A DNA stretch of 64,000 bases from Octopus vulgaris (lineage: Eukaryota), in assembly GCA_951406725.2 (NCBI GenBank), contig OX597816.1:77624001-77688000 (forward strand), in the 5' to 3' direction. Within the stretch, counting starts at the first letter, position 1. Each line of letters starts with the position of its first letter. A model generated the notes under the pieces. That model was not told where the DNA came from, did not search any database, and worked only from the letters and a program-made list of their open reading frames with translations. Positions 38,945 to 52,400 of this stretch are shown piece by piece. The translations under genes were made by a program, and so were the position numbers.

Positions 38945-41900
38945 CTGACTAATTATGGTCAAGAGTTGACACTTCGGAATTGAAATTAAAAATAAAACAT
39001 ATTCAAAAGGTTTAATCTTTGGTAGTATGGCAATAACTCTGGATATGTTTTAGTCGTATTAGAGTCCATCAGCAAAGTATGGCCAGTAATTATTTATACC
39101 TTCCAATGTCAGAAATTATTATTAACATAACCATGTGACGATAGTGAGTTGTCAGAAACAATAGGGGTGCTGGACTAAACACTTGAGGGTATTTAGTTTT
39201 ATTTCATAACAAAGTCAGACTGTAAAATGGAACTAATTTTGTAAAAACAATTTGGCATATTTAATTCTTACTCTTGTTCAGCATACTGGAAGTTGTCTAA
39301 TTCTCATATTAAACACAAATTTTGAAATATATTCAAATCAAAACAGTTGCCAATGGTGGAAATTTCTCTCTCAATGCACCAGGTGTTAAAACACCTGAAA
39401 GCTATGGACAGGCAAGACAACTGATCCCAAACTCCAATCAAGAGTGATGGACATCAATGTTTTTGTCGTTTATCTACATCTTGTACCCAAACCGAATTGG
39501 AGGTGAATAGACTGCCAGTCCATGACTTATATACATATAGTGTGAAAACTATGTGCTGGTATGCCTGGACAGTGCATACATAAGAATAAATTGAAATATG
39601 AAATAGAAACAGTGTTAGTGTAATAAATACTATTGACCACGTGTGTGTGTGTATATATATCCATCCATACATCCATCCATCACTACATTGTCCATTGTGT
39701 CCTGTTCTAATATATATTTGGGTGTGATTAGAAGGGAATTTAACTGTTAATTCTAGCAGGTTGAATGACTTCAGCTGTAAACTTAGTTGCTGCTGTTTAG
39801 ACCCAGATCATTCCTGATCAAATAGACCTATGATAAAAGGTATTCCAGTTGTGACTAGCTCATTGGGAATTACACTGTCCAATATATTGTTTATTTATGA
39901 TGTGATTTGAGGAAGAAATCAGCTGCTGTTTCCAGGATGTCAAGCGTCTATATAGAAGCTGCCGTATTGAGCACCTAACCCAATCTGTACATATTAGCTT
40001 GTGCTAATGAATGACATTTGGATAGTTAATGTTGAAAATGAAAAAGTAGGAGAGAGTAGGTGTTACGGAATCTTATAATTATTTGGGTTACTGGAAAAAT
40101 CCCAAAATCTTTTGCTTTTATATAATGTAAATATAGCAAGTAAGCTTCTGCTACTTCGAGTAATTATTTCTCTCCTGCAGCATAAATTTACAGCTAAGTC
40201 AACTGAGCTGTTTGTGAAATAAGTATCTTTATTACTTGTACAACATAGTGTTGTTGATAAGAATATACTGACCTTCCAATGGATTGTTGTGTGTTCTGTT
40301 GATTTCAATTATCTGTGATTTGAAAATGTGTTGTTGGGCCACCACTGAAGACTTTATCAGGCTGGAGTACCAGGTGTAAGTGAAGTGAACTTGAATTGAG
40401 CAGCAGTTTAGCCTTACCTTATTTCACTTTGAGAATTCAAATCACTGTTTACTGCCTTTTGTCTTTTCATCTCAGGAAGGTCAGTAAAATAAACACCACT
40501 AATAAGTTCAATTTAAACTGTTAAGGGTATCCAGCCATAGAAAACCATGCCAGATCAGACTGGAGTCTGGTGCAGCCATCCAGCTTACCAGCACTCAAAA
40601 TTTTCAGTAACCTCTGAAGAAAATTGCTAAAACTGCCTTAACATAGAATATAAATATTTAGCAGTTGTTGAGTCTATTATATGGTGTCAAATACAAATTT
40701 CAGTGGAGCACTATTCTCATATTTATAATCTGTTGCACTGTTTTGTACTTTGGAGCACATTTAGAAGAAAACCAGTCTATACTAATATAACTTGCTGTGA
40801 TTGTGTTTTCTCTGTTGCTTATTATTAATAGATTTTACTCTACAGAATCCTCTTTCTGGCTACTCCACTTTCTTATTTGAACTCACCTATTGCATAGGAG
40901 TGGCTGTGTGGTTAGTAGCTTGCTTACCAACCACATGATTCCAGGTTTAGTCCCACTGTGTGGCACCTTGGGCAAGTGTCTTCTACTATAGCCTTGGGCC
41001 GACCAAAGCCTTGTCAGTGGATTTGGTAGACGGAAACTGAAAGAAGCCCGTCGTATATATGTATATATATATCTATATATATATGTGTGTATATGTTTGT
41101 CCCCCTAACATCACTTAACAACCGATGCTGGTGTGTTTACGTCCCCGTAACTTAGCAGTTCGGCAAAAGAGACCGATAGAATAAATACTAAGCTTACAAT
41201 GAATAACTCCTGGGGTCAACTTGCTCGACTAAAAGCGCTGCTCTAGCATGGCCACAGTCAAATGAGTGAAACAAGTAAAAGAATAAAAGAGTATTGCAGT
41301 GCCCCTCTTATTTTAAGCTACCCATATTAGGTTTCTGTTCCTAAATCCCTGACTCAGTCCTTAAATGTAGTTTTCCTCAGTTCTCCAATTTGAGAGCAAC
41401 TGTCCAGATCATGTAGTTAGTAATATTATGGCATGACCACATAACCATTGTTGTGTTTTTTTTTTAAAGGAAAATAATAATTTAAAGAAGTCATAATAAT
41501 TCATGACTTCCTCAGCATTAACTGATTACTTTTGAGTTTCTTTATTTGATTAGTATTTCCATTGTGAATTACCTACATATTTTTTCTGGCATATTATATT
41601 TCAAAACTGTCTGCTATATTCATCCATATTTCAAAGCACTAGTGTAAAATTTGAGGGAGATTTGGTTATTTCTAGAAGGTTGATTGACAATTATAGAGGT
41701 TCTTTGGTGGTTTGTCATATCACTTGTTATCCATTAACTGTTCTCTATTTGGCTTCTTTCTTTTTAAGGATGTAAGTTCTACAAGTGTTATTTCTTTGAT
41801 CTGTTGTTAGATAGTTCTTGTGTATATTTCCTTAATTATTTTTCATCGAAAATTATTGTTTTTTTTTGTTTTTGTAAAGGGCTTGTTCCGGAAAATTCTT

Positions 41901-44900
41901 AATAAACAGATAAAACCTTATCGACTTGTTCGTATGACAGCTGATGAACTGGCTTCACCAGAGCTTTCTCAATGGAGACAGAAAGAAGTAAAACATGTAA
42001 GCTTCAAATTGCCATATGCTGTTTTAATAAGAATAATTTTGTTCTTGTCAGACTGTGATTGATAGATTTGATTTTTTAATAACTGATGATCTGAAAAAGA
42101 TGCAAAATTTCATGTGTCCTACAATCTAGTGATGTCATTCATAGCCCAAAATGTATTTTTATATATGTCTCAGAAGAGAGTTTTCTTCTGGGACTTGTAC
42201 TGCAGTGGAAGATCTCACATCTGAATACACTTGGAATATGCTAAATTTAATTTTACACGAATATATTTTATTCATTGCTGCTTCATGCAATATTATTTAT
42301 TTAAGTGTTGCTTAACCAAGCTTTATGCACACCAGCATACATGCTATATACTGTTTTAATAATAGTTTTGTTCTTATGAGGCACTGTATGTCAGATTTAA
42401 TTTTCATAACCAGTGAAATGAAAAGACTCAGCATGCATTGTACAATCCAGTGGCACCATTCACAACCCAAGATATGTTTTAACACATGTCTAGGAGGAAA
42501 ATATTCTATTAATCCACTGTCCTAGATTGACATTTATCTTTCGGCCCCAAAAGCTGATCTCAATAGGATTCAATCTAAGAACGCAGAGTCAGAACAAATG
42601 AGCATACACTTACATATGTATACAAAAGCATTGGTGTGAGTGCTGGTGCCACATAAAAAGCACTGTTGCTGGTGCCATGTAAAAAGCACTGGTAATGGTG
42701 CCACATAAAAAAGCACCCAGTTCACTCTGTAAAGTGGTTGGCATTAGGAAGGGTAACCAGCTATAGAAACCAAGCCAAAACAGACTATGTGACCTGGTGT
42801 GGCCCATGGTCTTGTCGGTTCATGTCAAGCTGTCCAACCCATGCTTGCATGGAAACAGGTGTAAAATGTTGATGATGATACACACACATATCTTTGTGTA
42901 TACATTTCTGTATATGCATGGCTCTACATACGCATATATACATTTGTACATAGTTTCTTAAGTATGTCACCATCTAAACTGTAATGTAAAATTAAATACA
43001 ACTTCTTACACATAAACACTGTAAACATATTTGGGTTTTGTGTTTGTAGACATTGGAGATGATTGAACAGAGAGAGGTTGAAGCCATCCAAGATGCAGCT
43101 AAATGTCACGTGGTGAAGAAAACTCACAAAGGTGAAGTAGATGTTGCTGGTGAAGACTTAAGCACACTAGAGGTAAATATTAATATCATGTTCACCTTTT
43201 GGAATTTTATTTTACCATTTAACACTCAGTATAATCTCCTTCTTGCCTTTAAATACAACACAATTGCTTAACGGTTTTTGTTTGCATTGAAATATTGCTT
43301 CCTGTCAAAGGTGTCTTTTCCCTAAATCTCATCATCATCATCGTTTAACGTCCGCTTTCCATGCTAGCATGGGTTGGACGGTTCAACTGGGGTCTGGCAA
43401 GCCCGAAGGCTGCACCAGGCCAGTCGGATCTGGCAGTGTTTCTACAGCTGGATGCCCTTCCTAACGCCAACCACTCCGAGAGTGTAGTGGGTGATTTTAT
43501 GTGCCACCGACACAGGTGCCAGACGAGGCTGTCAGATGGCCACGCTCGGATGGTGTTTTTTATGTGCCACCGACACAGGTGCCAGACGAGGCTGGCAGAC
43601 GGCCACGCTTGGATGGTGTTTTCTTATGTGTCACCGACACAGGTGCCAGACGAGGCTGGCGAACTGCCACGCTCGGATGGTGTTTGTTACGTAAATCTAT
43701 AAAGTATAAAATAAGGAAATTTGACTTCCATTTCTAGCAGATTGAATAACCACTTAGAGGTTCCTTTGTTTAAGTATATGATGGGCATTCAGCTCTGAAA
43801 GCACTTTCTAAATGATGTATTCCCACCGCCTCCTCCAAAACTTGTTTCCTATTCTAGTTGGCAGATATGTAACATTAGGATAATAATAAAAACTCTAATA
43901 ATTTACAGTTGGGTTGGTGCAGAGTTAAAACCAATAAAGGTTTACTTTCTGGAGCTCCTCATTTCGTGGTTTATGTCCTAATCTAGGTCAGTTTAGCTGG
44001 TCATTCTTCCAGGCGTGATAGATGAATACCAAAGTAATTCACACATGTGAGCCAGAAACAGTGTTTGTTTAAAATCGCCTCTGGAAATTTTATAGCCATA
44101 TTGTTATGCCAGAAAATGAAATAAAAACTAATGTTTTGAATTGGGTTCTTCAGCTAAGTACTCTTTGCCGAGTAGGTATTCTGCTTGAAACTTTAGACAT
44201 CCCCAACTATAACATGCTCTTGCTTTTGTTTGTGCAAATATAATTGTATTTAATCAAACTCGATTTAAAATTTTATTTTTTGTTTCTTATGAAACCTGTT
44301 TGGTTTAAAAAGGCTGTTTTTTATGTGATTTTGTTTCTTAAACTTTTTGATAAGAGCACATCACTGTAAGTTGTAGACCTCTATTATACATTACCAGGCG
44401 AAGCCGGTTCCTGTAGAGAAAGTTAAAGTTGATCAGAAAGTGGACATTGTTGGAGACCTAGTCACTGACACAACTGATTGTCATCGTAAGCATTTATTTG
44501 ACTTGAATTGTAAGATATGCACAGGCAAAATACCACCGCCTTCTGATGAGCCCCTTGCTAAAAAGGCAAAGAAAGAAGCACTGGCTCCTTCCACAAGTTC
44601 TTCTCCAGGAATACTGGATAAAAATCAACCAAAACCTGCCATTCCAAAGATTGAAAAGACAACCCCCAAGACAATCACAAAAGTACAAGAAGATACATTT
44701 AAGGATGACGAAGTGAAAACTATCATGGAAACAATACGTTCTGTAACACAATCAGAAACAACAAGTGAATCGAAGGCATCAAATTCCCCACGTCCTAGTG
44801 CCATGAAAAGTTCTTCAAATTCCAGAAATGTCACTGTAAGGTATGTAGTATATGATTTATCACCCAACTGAAACTTTGGAATAATTACAAATATGATGAA

Positions 44901-47900
44901 AGTTGAGGGTACATATACCTTGACACATCACTACCATCCTCTTTTTTTTTTCCCAGCTGAGGTAATCATGTATCTCCCCTACTGCAAGATATCTGTTCTT
45001 GTCCCGCTATCATACTTTAACCTCTCATCAACAGGTATAAAGCCCCCCTCCCACCAATACTGCTTCCCACCTCAGCTGAAGGCTTTGTTTTGTGAATTAC
45101 TTTGGTAGCCTCATTTGTGTGCTGATACCATGTAAAAAAACATGCACTTGGCATTAAGAAGAGCACCCAGCTTTTGAAACCATGCCACAGCAGACTTGGT
45201 GCTTGGTGCAATCTTCTAAACCATCATTTCCTGTTAAACTGTTCCACCCATGCCAGCTTGGAAAATGGACATTAAAGATGATGATGAACAACAATATAAA
45301 TTCAATCTTTCTAATTCTGTATGATGAAGTTTTATCAGCTGTGACTTCCCTCATGATTTCATTATAAAGTGGTTTTGTCAGCAACTCTTTGAATACCACA
45401 AAATGAATTTATTCACTAAAAGACACACTCGACAATAAATGTAGCAGTACCAGTGTTGTTGCTATAATGGGATGCATGTCATGAATGATGAATCAGACTA
45501 CTGCACTATAACAGAATGCACCTTGCCCCCCTTTGTTTTTGGGCACTGTTAATCTGTTGCAAATGTTTGGAATATATCCTCAGTTCCCACCCTGCTGTTT
45601 TTGCCCTATAGTCAGTGATCTGTACATATTCAACCAGATCAACCTCAACAGTGAGGATCTTCTATGTAATTTTACCTGCCTTTGATGACTTAATTTGTTC
45701 TATTTTATAGACTACTTTTTGATATAATATTTTCACATTCATAATACTACTGCTGTTACAAATGTTGATGTATTCACATAAACATAGCGATAGGATGAAG
45801 TACAAATAAAACAAAATTTACTATGTAATTTCATGGGAGTTGGGTTACTAAAAAGATCCTGTTAGTTAAGATTGGGTACAACTTTGGAATGAACAGAGCA
45901 TTGTCCTTATAATAGTTCAAATAATCTCTGTTGTCATTACCACCACCACCACCATTGCCTTGTTGCTGCTTTTTGTGTTGACATAAGTGGAGTTGCTCTG
46001 CAGGATCCAATGGGTCAGTGAGCAATGTTCTGCAATGTCTTGCTTCTGACATAGATATTTGACTGGATGTCCTTCCTAATAGGCTAAACTAATTTATAAT
46101 ACCTCTACTACAGGATATATATCTTTAAATGTATGTTTGTTTTTAAGTATAATGACAATTATTATTGCTGCTTATACTTTCTGTTGTAAGTTCTTTAGAA
46201 TTTTCCTTTATGAAAGTTAGTCCTTATGGTCTAGTCTTCTGTAATCAATGACTGTATTTGACTTTATTTCAGGTCTCCAGATTCAGTGTTGCAGTCTGGA
46301 TTGGAGAAGAAAGTGAAGTTCTCTCCCTCTAGTCCCCTTGTATGGAAAGGTTTCATTCACATGCAAGATTTAGTGAAGTTTATGACAACTGCTTATCGAC
46401 TGTCTGGTCCAACAGAGCACCTTGTAAGTTTATCAGTTACACAACCCAACAAGTATTTTGTTGTCAGCACGTTTTTACCTGAAGGTTTCTTGAAGTTTTT
46501 TTTTTTTGATATGTTGACTCCAAAAATAGAATCCATTTTTTACCATCATCTCAAGATTTCAAGATAACCAAATCCCCCAATTTTTGCAATTTTCTTTGTT
46601 TTTCTGAAAAAATGCATTGTTTACCTGTGAAATTTAGTATGGCTATTTATTATGATTCATATATTATTTTATTAAGAGGCAGGGGCAAACATTTGGGGAT
46701 TAAAGAATGGCTACAGAGAACCTAAGTTCCAGGGTCTTTTAATAGACTTGAAGAGCCTTTATTTTAACCAGGTAAAAATCATCCTACCTCCACTCCATAT
46801 CAAATTTGGCATTATGAAGCTCTTTGCTAAAGCTCTGGATAAAGGTTACCCATGCTTTCACTATAGCTGCAGCACGTTTCCTGGTCTGAGCAGTGAAAAA
46901 ATAAAAAGTGGATTATTCGATGGGCCTCAAATCAGGACTTGCATTGAAGCAGCAGCATGGAATTCATTTGTAATAGTTGTAAATGATTTTTTGGGTAACA
47001 GTAATGCAGCTAACTGTGCTGAAATAGTCAACAACAAGCTGGAGAACTTTCAAAAGAGCTGTACTATTGCCACAGTCACCTTGATAGATTCCCTGAAAAT
47101 CTTGGTGACACAAGTGATAAGCAAGGAGAATGTTTCCATCAAGGTAGATGGCACATGCATATGATGGCAGAGTATTGCTGGAACTTAGCTTGTGATCTTC
47201 TTGAGGTTCAACATTCAAGAAAATCATCCAAATACAAATTCATGGGAAATTAGGTATAAACTATGATGTAATTTGTCGGTAGTAATTTTTTGACTTTTGC
47301 TAGTTTTCCAATAGAATTTTAAGAAAACTTCCTGGTTTTGAAAAAAACCAATTTCTATATATGTTTGTATGTTATGCCTTGTTCTTCTTAAACTGTTTTA
47401 ATGACAAAAACAATGAATTCAGTATCTTAAATAAAATCTTGATGTGATGATAATACATGGATGTCATTTTTGGATTCCTAGTTCAGGTCCAAATTTTTCG
47501 ACAACAAAGATAAAAATGTTTTTGTTTGCCTTTGTTATCTTTATATGTTGTGTTCATTTTTATTTTTAAAAGAATACAATTAAAGCATCATCTGTAAGGC
47601 TCTTGATTAATTACCTAGTTACAATTCCTATTTGAAATTATCTTAATTAAATCTTTTGGGAAATATAGTTTTCAATTTTTCTGTCTCCATTTACATGAAG
47701 GATTAAGCACCATTCTAAATACTTTACAATATATTATCAAGTACCTTACTATTTCAACTTGAAATTCTGTTGGCATCATCATAAGAAGCAGTAATAATAT
47801 GCTAAACTTTACTTAATTGAGGACAGTACTTTGTTACATTACAGTATTTTTCTTATAGCCTAGTACAACTCACACTCTCAGTATTCACCATAGAACAATA

Positions 47901-49381
47901 ATTTTAAAAAAAAAAGACAAGTATTTCTCAAAGGATTGCACAATCAATTAGTAAAGTTTGTGATTAAAAAAGTTTTTGCCTCCCTTCTCCGATATCAAAT
48001 TACCCACTAATGGATACAGCCATCTCTTTCAGACTTTTCAAAAGAAGAGCAAATGAAAATACTTAGTTTTGTTTTAGTGAAAATAGAATGTTTCTGATTA
48101 TTAAAATCAAGCCATTCCTAACTTCAAAAGTTCATCATCATCATTGTCATTGTCATCATCATCATCATCAGTTTTGTAAATTTTCCTTGAAATAGCGAGT
48201 AAAGATGAGTAATTGGTTTTGTGAAGAACCTTTGCTATATCTGTTTCTAGTAGTTGACAAATGCTTCTTTATTGATGTTGTTTTGTTGTGCTTCAGGAAC
48301 TTCAAGATACTGTTCATGTTTGTGGTCGTATCGCCCCAGAATTAATATGGGATTATTTAAACCGTATCAAACAGACAGGCTCAAGAGTGAGTAGAAATAA
48401 CATTTTTTCACTTCTTTTACTTCCTTTCTCTCAACCTTTCCTCTTCTATCTCTCTTTTATTCCCTTATCCTTATTTTCACTATTTTACTACTGTTTTTGA
48501 AAACGTTTTTTCACTGTCTTTTTACAGGATATTTGTGTGTTGCGCTTTCTCCCTGGAACATTTGATGAAAAGAATGCATATGTCATGCTTTATTCGTATC
48601 TGAATAGCCGGGGCCGTTGTGGAGTGGTTGGCAACAACAGCCGCCACATCAAAGACATGTATATTGTACCTTTGGCGTCTCATAGCAAAATACCAGCTGT
48701 TCTTTTGCCATTTGATGAACCAGGTAATTTATTACTTACTTTGGCTCTTTAAGCTTGCTTCTTTCATATTTGATGTTTTGCAGACACCATGTCTGTTTTG
48801 ATCTTTGTGGGTGTTTGAGTTTTGTTCAGTCTAAAGCAGTGATTCCCAAAGTGGGCAGTATTGCCCCACTGGGGGCAGTGGAATGAGCCAGGGGAATGTT
48901 GAAGAAAAGTGAGATGATAATGAGGTAGCCAAAATGGAGTGATTGACATAAAAAATATATTAATAGGTTAATTAGGTTTAAGTTTTATTTGTGAAATACA
49001 GTGGTTTTAAATTTGCTACAGAAAGTGGTCTATATTTGTGGTGGGAAGGGTGAGTGTCGTTAGGAATGTGGCATGGGTGCCAAGTGGGGTGGTAGCCCAA
49101 AAAAGTTTGGTAACCACTGGTCTAAAGTGTGTTTATTCATGTGCTGAATATTGCACTGATTTGATATAAGTATGAAATTTGTTACTTTCACCTTTCACTG
49201 TGGAGCATGCCACTACACATTTTTTATTTTCTTTCCTTGTTTCTTTCTGTGTTCCTTTCTGTGGAAGAGTGTAGGCTCGAAATGTTAAAGACTTTTTCAC
49301 TTCCCAAGTGTTAAACTAATACATCTGTTTATTGCCTACACCACCTGTCTTTGTCTTTTGTTTTGTTTTTTGTCAATTCTC

Positions 49382-49425
<44 letters not shown>

Positions 49426-52400
49426 ACTGGCTTCCGTGCTGGTGGCATGTAAAAAGCACCAATCCAATCGTGGCTGCTGCCAGCCTCACCTGGCACCTGT
49501 GCTGGTGGCACATAAAAAGCACCCACTACACTCACGGAGTGGTTGGCGTTAGGAAGGGCATCCAGCTGTAGAAACATTGCCAGGTCAGCTTGGAGCCTGG
49601 TGCAGCCTTCTGGCTTCCCAGATCCCAGTTGAACCGTCCAACCCATGCTAGTATGGAAAACGGACGTTAAACGATGATGATGATGATGATGATGATATAG
49701 AGGGAGAGAGAGATAGAGAATTTACAAAAAAACAAAAGACGAAGACAGGTGTGTGAACAGCAAATAGATGTATTAATTTAATGCTTGGGAAGTGAGAAAG
49801 TCTTTTACATTTTGAGCCTGTAAAGATAATTGATCTGATAAAATAATATAAAAAGGGAATTAGTAATAACCAGATTACATTATCATCATCATTGTTTAAT
49901 ATTTATTTTCTATGCTGGCAGTTCAAATCCACCACCAATCATTTTGCACTTCATCCACATGGGGTCAGTAGAATAGGTGATAATCATGTACTAACATATT
50001 AACATTGATTCAGTTGACTCTTCCTTTCCTAGAGATATGTGCTAATTAAAGAAATCATTAGTTTTTATTTTTTTGTATAAAAACATGAGCATTGTAACGC
50101 AAAGTGCTCTGTTGGCAAGTCAGAACTGTGAACTACTTACACTTTTGCATTTATGCAGATTTACCTTTATTATGTTGCTAATGTCTTTGGGGAAGTTATC
50201 ATTATCAAAAGTTTCTATTAACCTGCTTCTTCTTATTTAAAAAAAAAAAACAATCATTTAAAATTTTTCTTTACACTCTTTTTTACCCAAATTTTGATTT
50301 ACTGTCTTTGTTTTATCCTCTCTTCAATTAACTAATATGTTTAAAAATTCTGTTTAGGTCTAGAAGATAACAGACCACACATGTTACTTGGTGTGATAGT
50401 CCGGCAGAAAGTATGCAAGCGTCCAGGGGAACAGTTGGCTGCAAACGCAGGCCAAGCAGTGATGTTATCAGAAGCTGAACTGCAAACTAAACGATTGAAG
50501 TATGATCCTACTTTACCTTCAACAACTGTGAATATTCCAAAAATAGAGTCCTCAGCTGCTAGCCAACCTGTTCGGTATGATCCATTTCAACCAGCCACTC
50601 TACCAAAATACACTCCAAGTCCTACTCTTCAGGACACACCAGCTGACTTGCAATCTAGTGGTTCAACTAGCTTAACAAGTGGAAAGGAGACCAAATATTA
50701 CAATCCAGTACCAGTTAAAGAACAGTTCTACACACCATCTCTTGTTCTAAGTAGCAGTAAAAATGACAGACTGAAGCAACCGTCTCCCAGTCCTGTGGAT
50801 TCCTCAACATCTGATTCACCTGAAAACGTCAGTTCTTGTATAAATGATCCAATTGTCAAAGCGTATGGCAAATTAAACTCTGATTCTGAACTCAACAGCA
50901 GCACTCCAACTGAAGATCTAAGTAAGTGAAAGGATTCCCATTGTTTCATTTATATTTTGGTCTTCTATTTTCATATCTTTATATATTTTGGTAATCCCTC
51001 CATTTAGAGAAGCATTATTGTCTGTCAAGCTTGCTACTTTGTTTAGGAGACACTTGACAACAGTATCCTTTTGATTTGCTTCAATCTCTCTGCTTGTATG
51101 GATCAGCACATCTCACTGTAGAGTTGCTTTTTCATTCTTTGAGACCTTTCCAGGTGTATGGTTACATTAGCTTTTTTTCTGTTGCTATTTTGTAATATTG
51201 ACATAACTTACAGTATATGTAAGTCCCTGTCTTGCTTGTAGATTCTCTCTTGAGCAAGACTGGGCAGCCAGAGCCAGTACAGTTAATTGTTTATTTCTAA
51301 ACTGCACTTAATCTGCTGTTATTTCATGTGTTTTGCTTCATTATGTGCTCCTTGTGGTTCTGTTGGTAAGGTTTTGATATTCCACCATCAATAATCTTTC
51401 AACTTCATTTGTAAGTCTTGTTCTTCTTAGCTAATTTGCCATTTTTCCATGCCTGTTTCCATACTGTTTAGTTTTTCCAGGTTTTGACCATATAAAAGCT
51501 TTTCTAACCATCATTTTCGTACAGCATTCTGTAACCCAATTTTTAATTTAGCATTTTTATCATTTGTTGTTTCTCCTTTCTCCTCAAGACTCTTTGCCAC
51601 TTCAGCTTCTGTTTGGTATTCGTAGCTTCCTTGAAGACAGAAAACAGCCTTTTCTTTTATTTGCATTTTATAGCTATTTGTATTCATGTTCCAATGTTGG
51701 AGTCATCGAGGGGTTGTGAGGCCACTACAAAATAATTGATACTGGCGTTCTAACAACAGAAGCAATGATTTGTATGCTAACAGTAGTAGTGCTATACTGT
51801 CTTTTAGTCAAGACACTTAAACATTTTCTGTGTCATCCTGCTTGAGAAATAGCCCTATAAGTAACAAGTATTTTGCTAGTTCTTAATACTTTGTTACAGT
51901 CCAGCAAAAAATACCAGCAGTATATCTCCTGTTAGATAATCCTGAATTGTGTTAGCTTTTTATTGAGAGTAATATACTTTTTAGTGTTATTTTAATTTGC
52001 AAGGTTATTGGATTAGGTTTTTCTAGGTTTATAAAGAAAGCAGCTTAAAAACTGTATTTTAATGTTTTAAACAGATTTAATATTTAAACTTAATAATTGA
52101 AACAAATCAAAGTTTTAAAATGACTACATAATGTAAATTATTTATTTTTTTAATTTTCAGGTACCGCACCTTATTCTCCAACACAATATGAACCTACTCA
52201 AACTTCATTTCTTGATAGTCATGAGGATAAAATCAGTGGAGGGGTGGGATCGGCTGACCAGGACTCTGATGAACTGGACAATGAAAAACCATATGATCCA
52301 GAAGAGTGTGATTTTGATGCGGAAGATGACTCTCCACCTCCACCACCGCCACCACCACCACCACCACCACCCCTCTCTGCAGCAGTAGGATCAAATTCAC

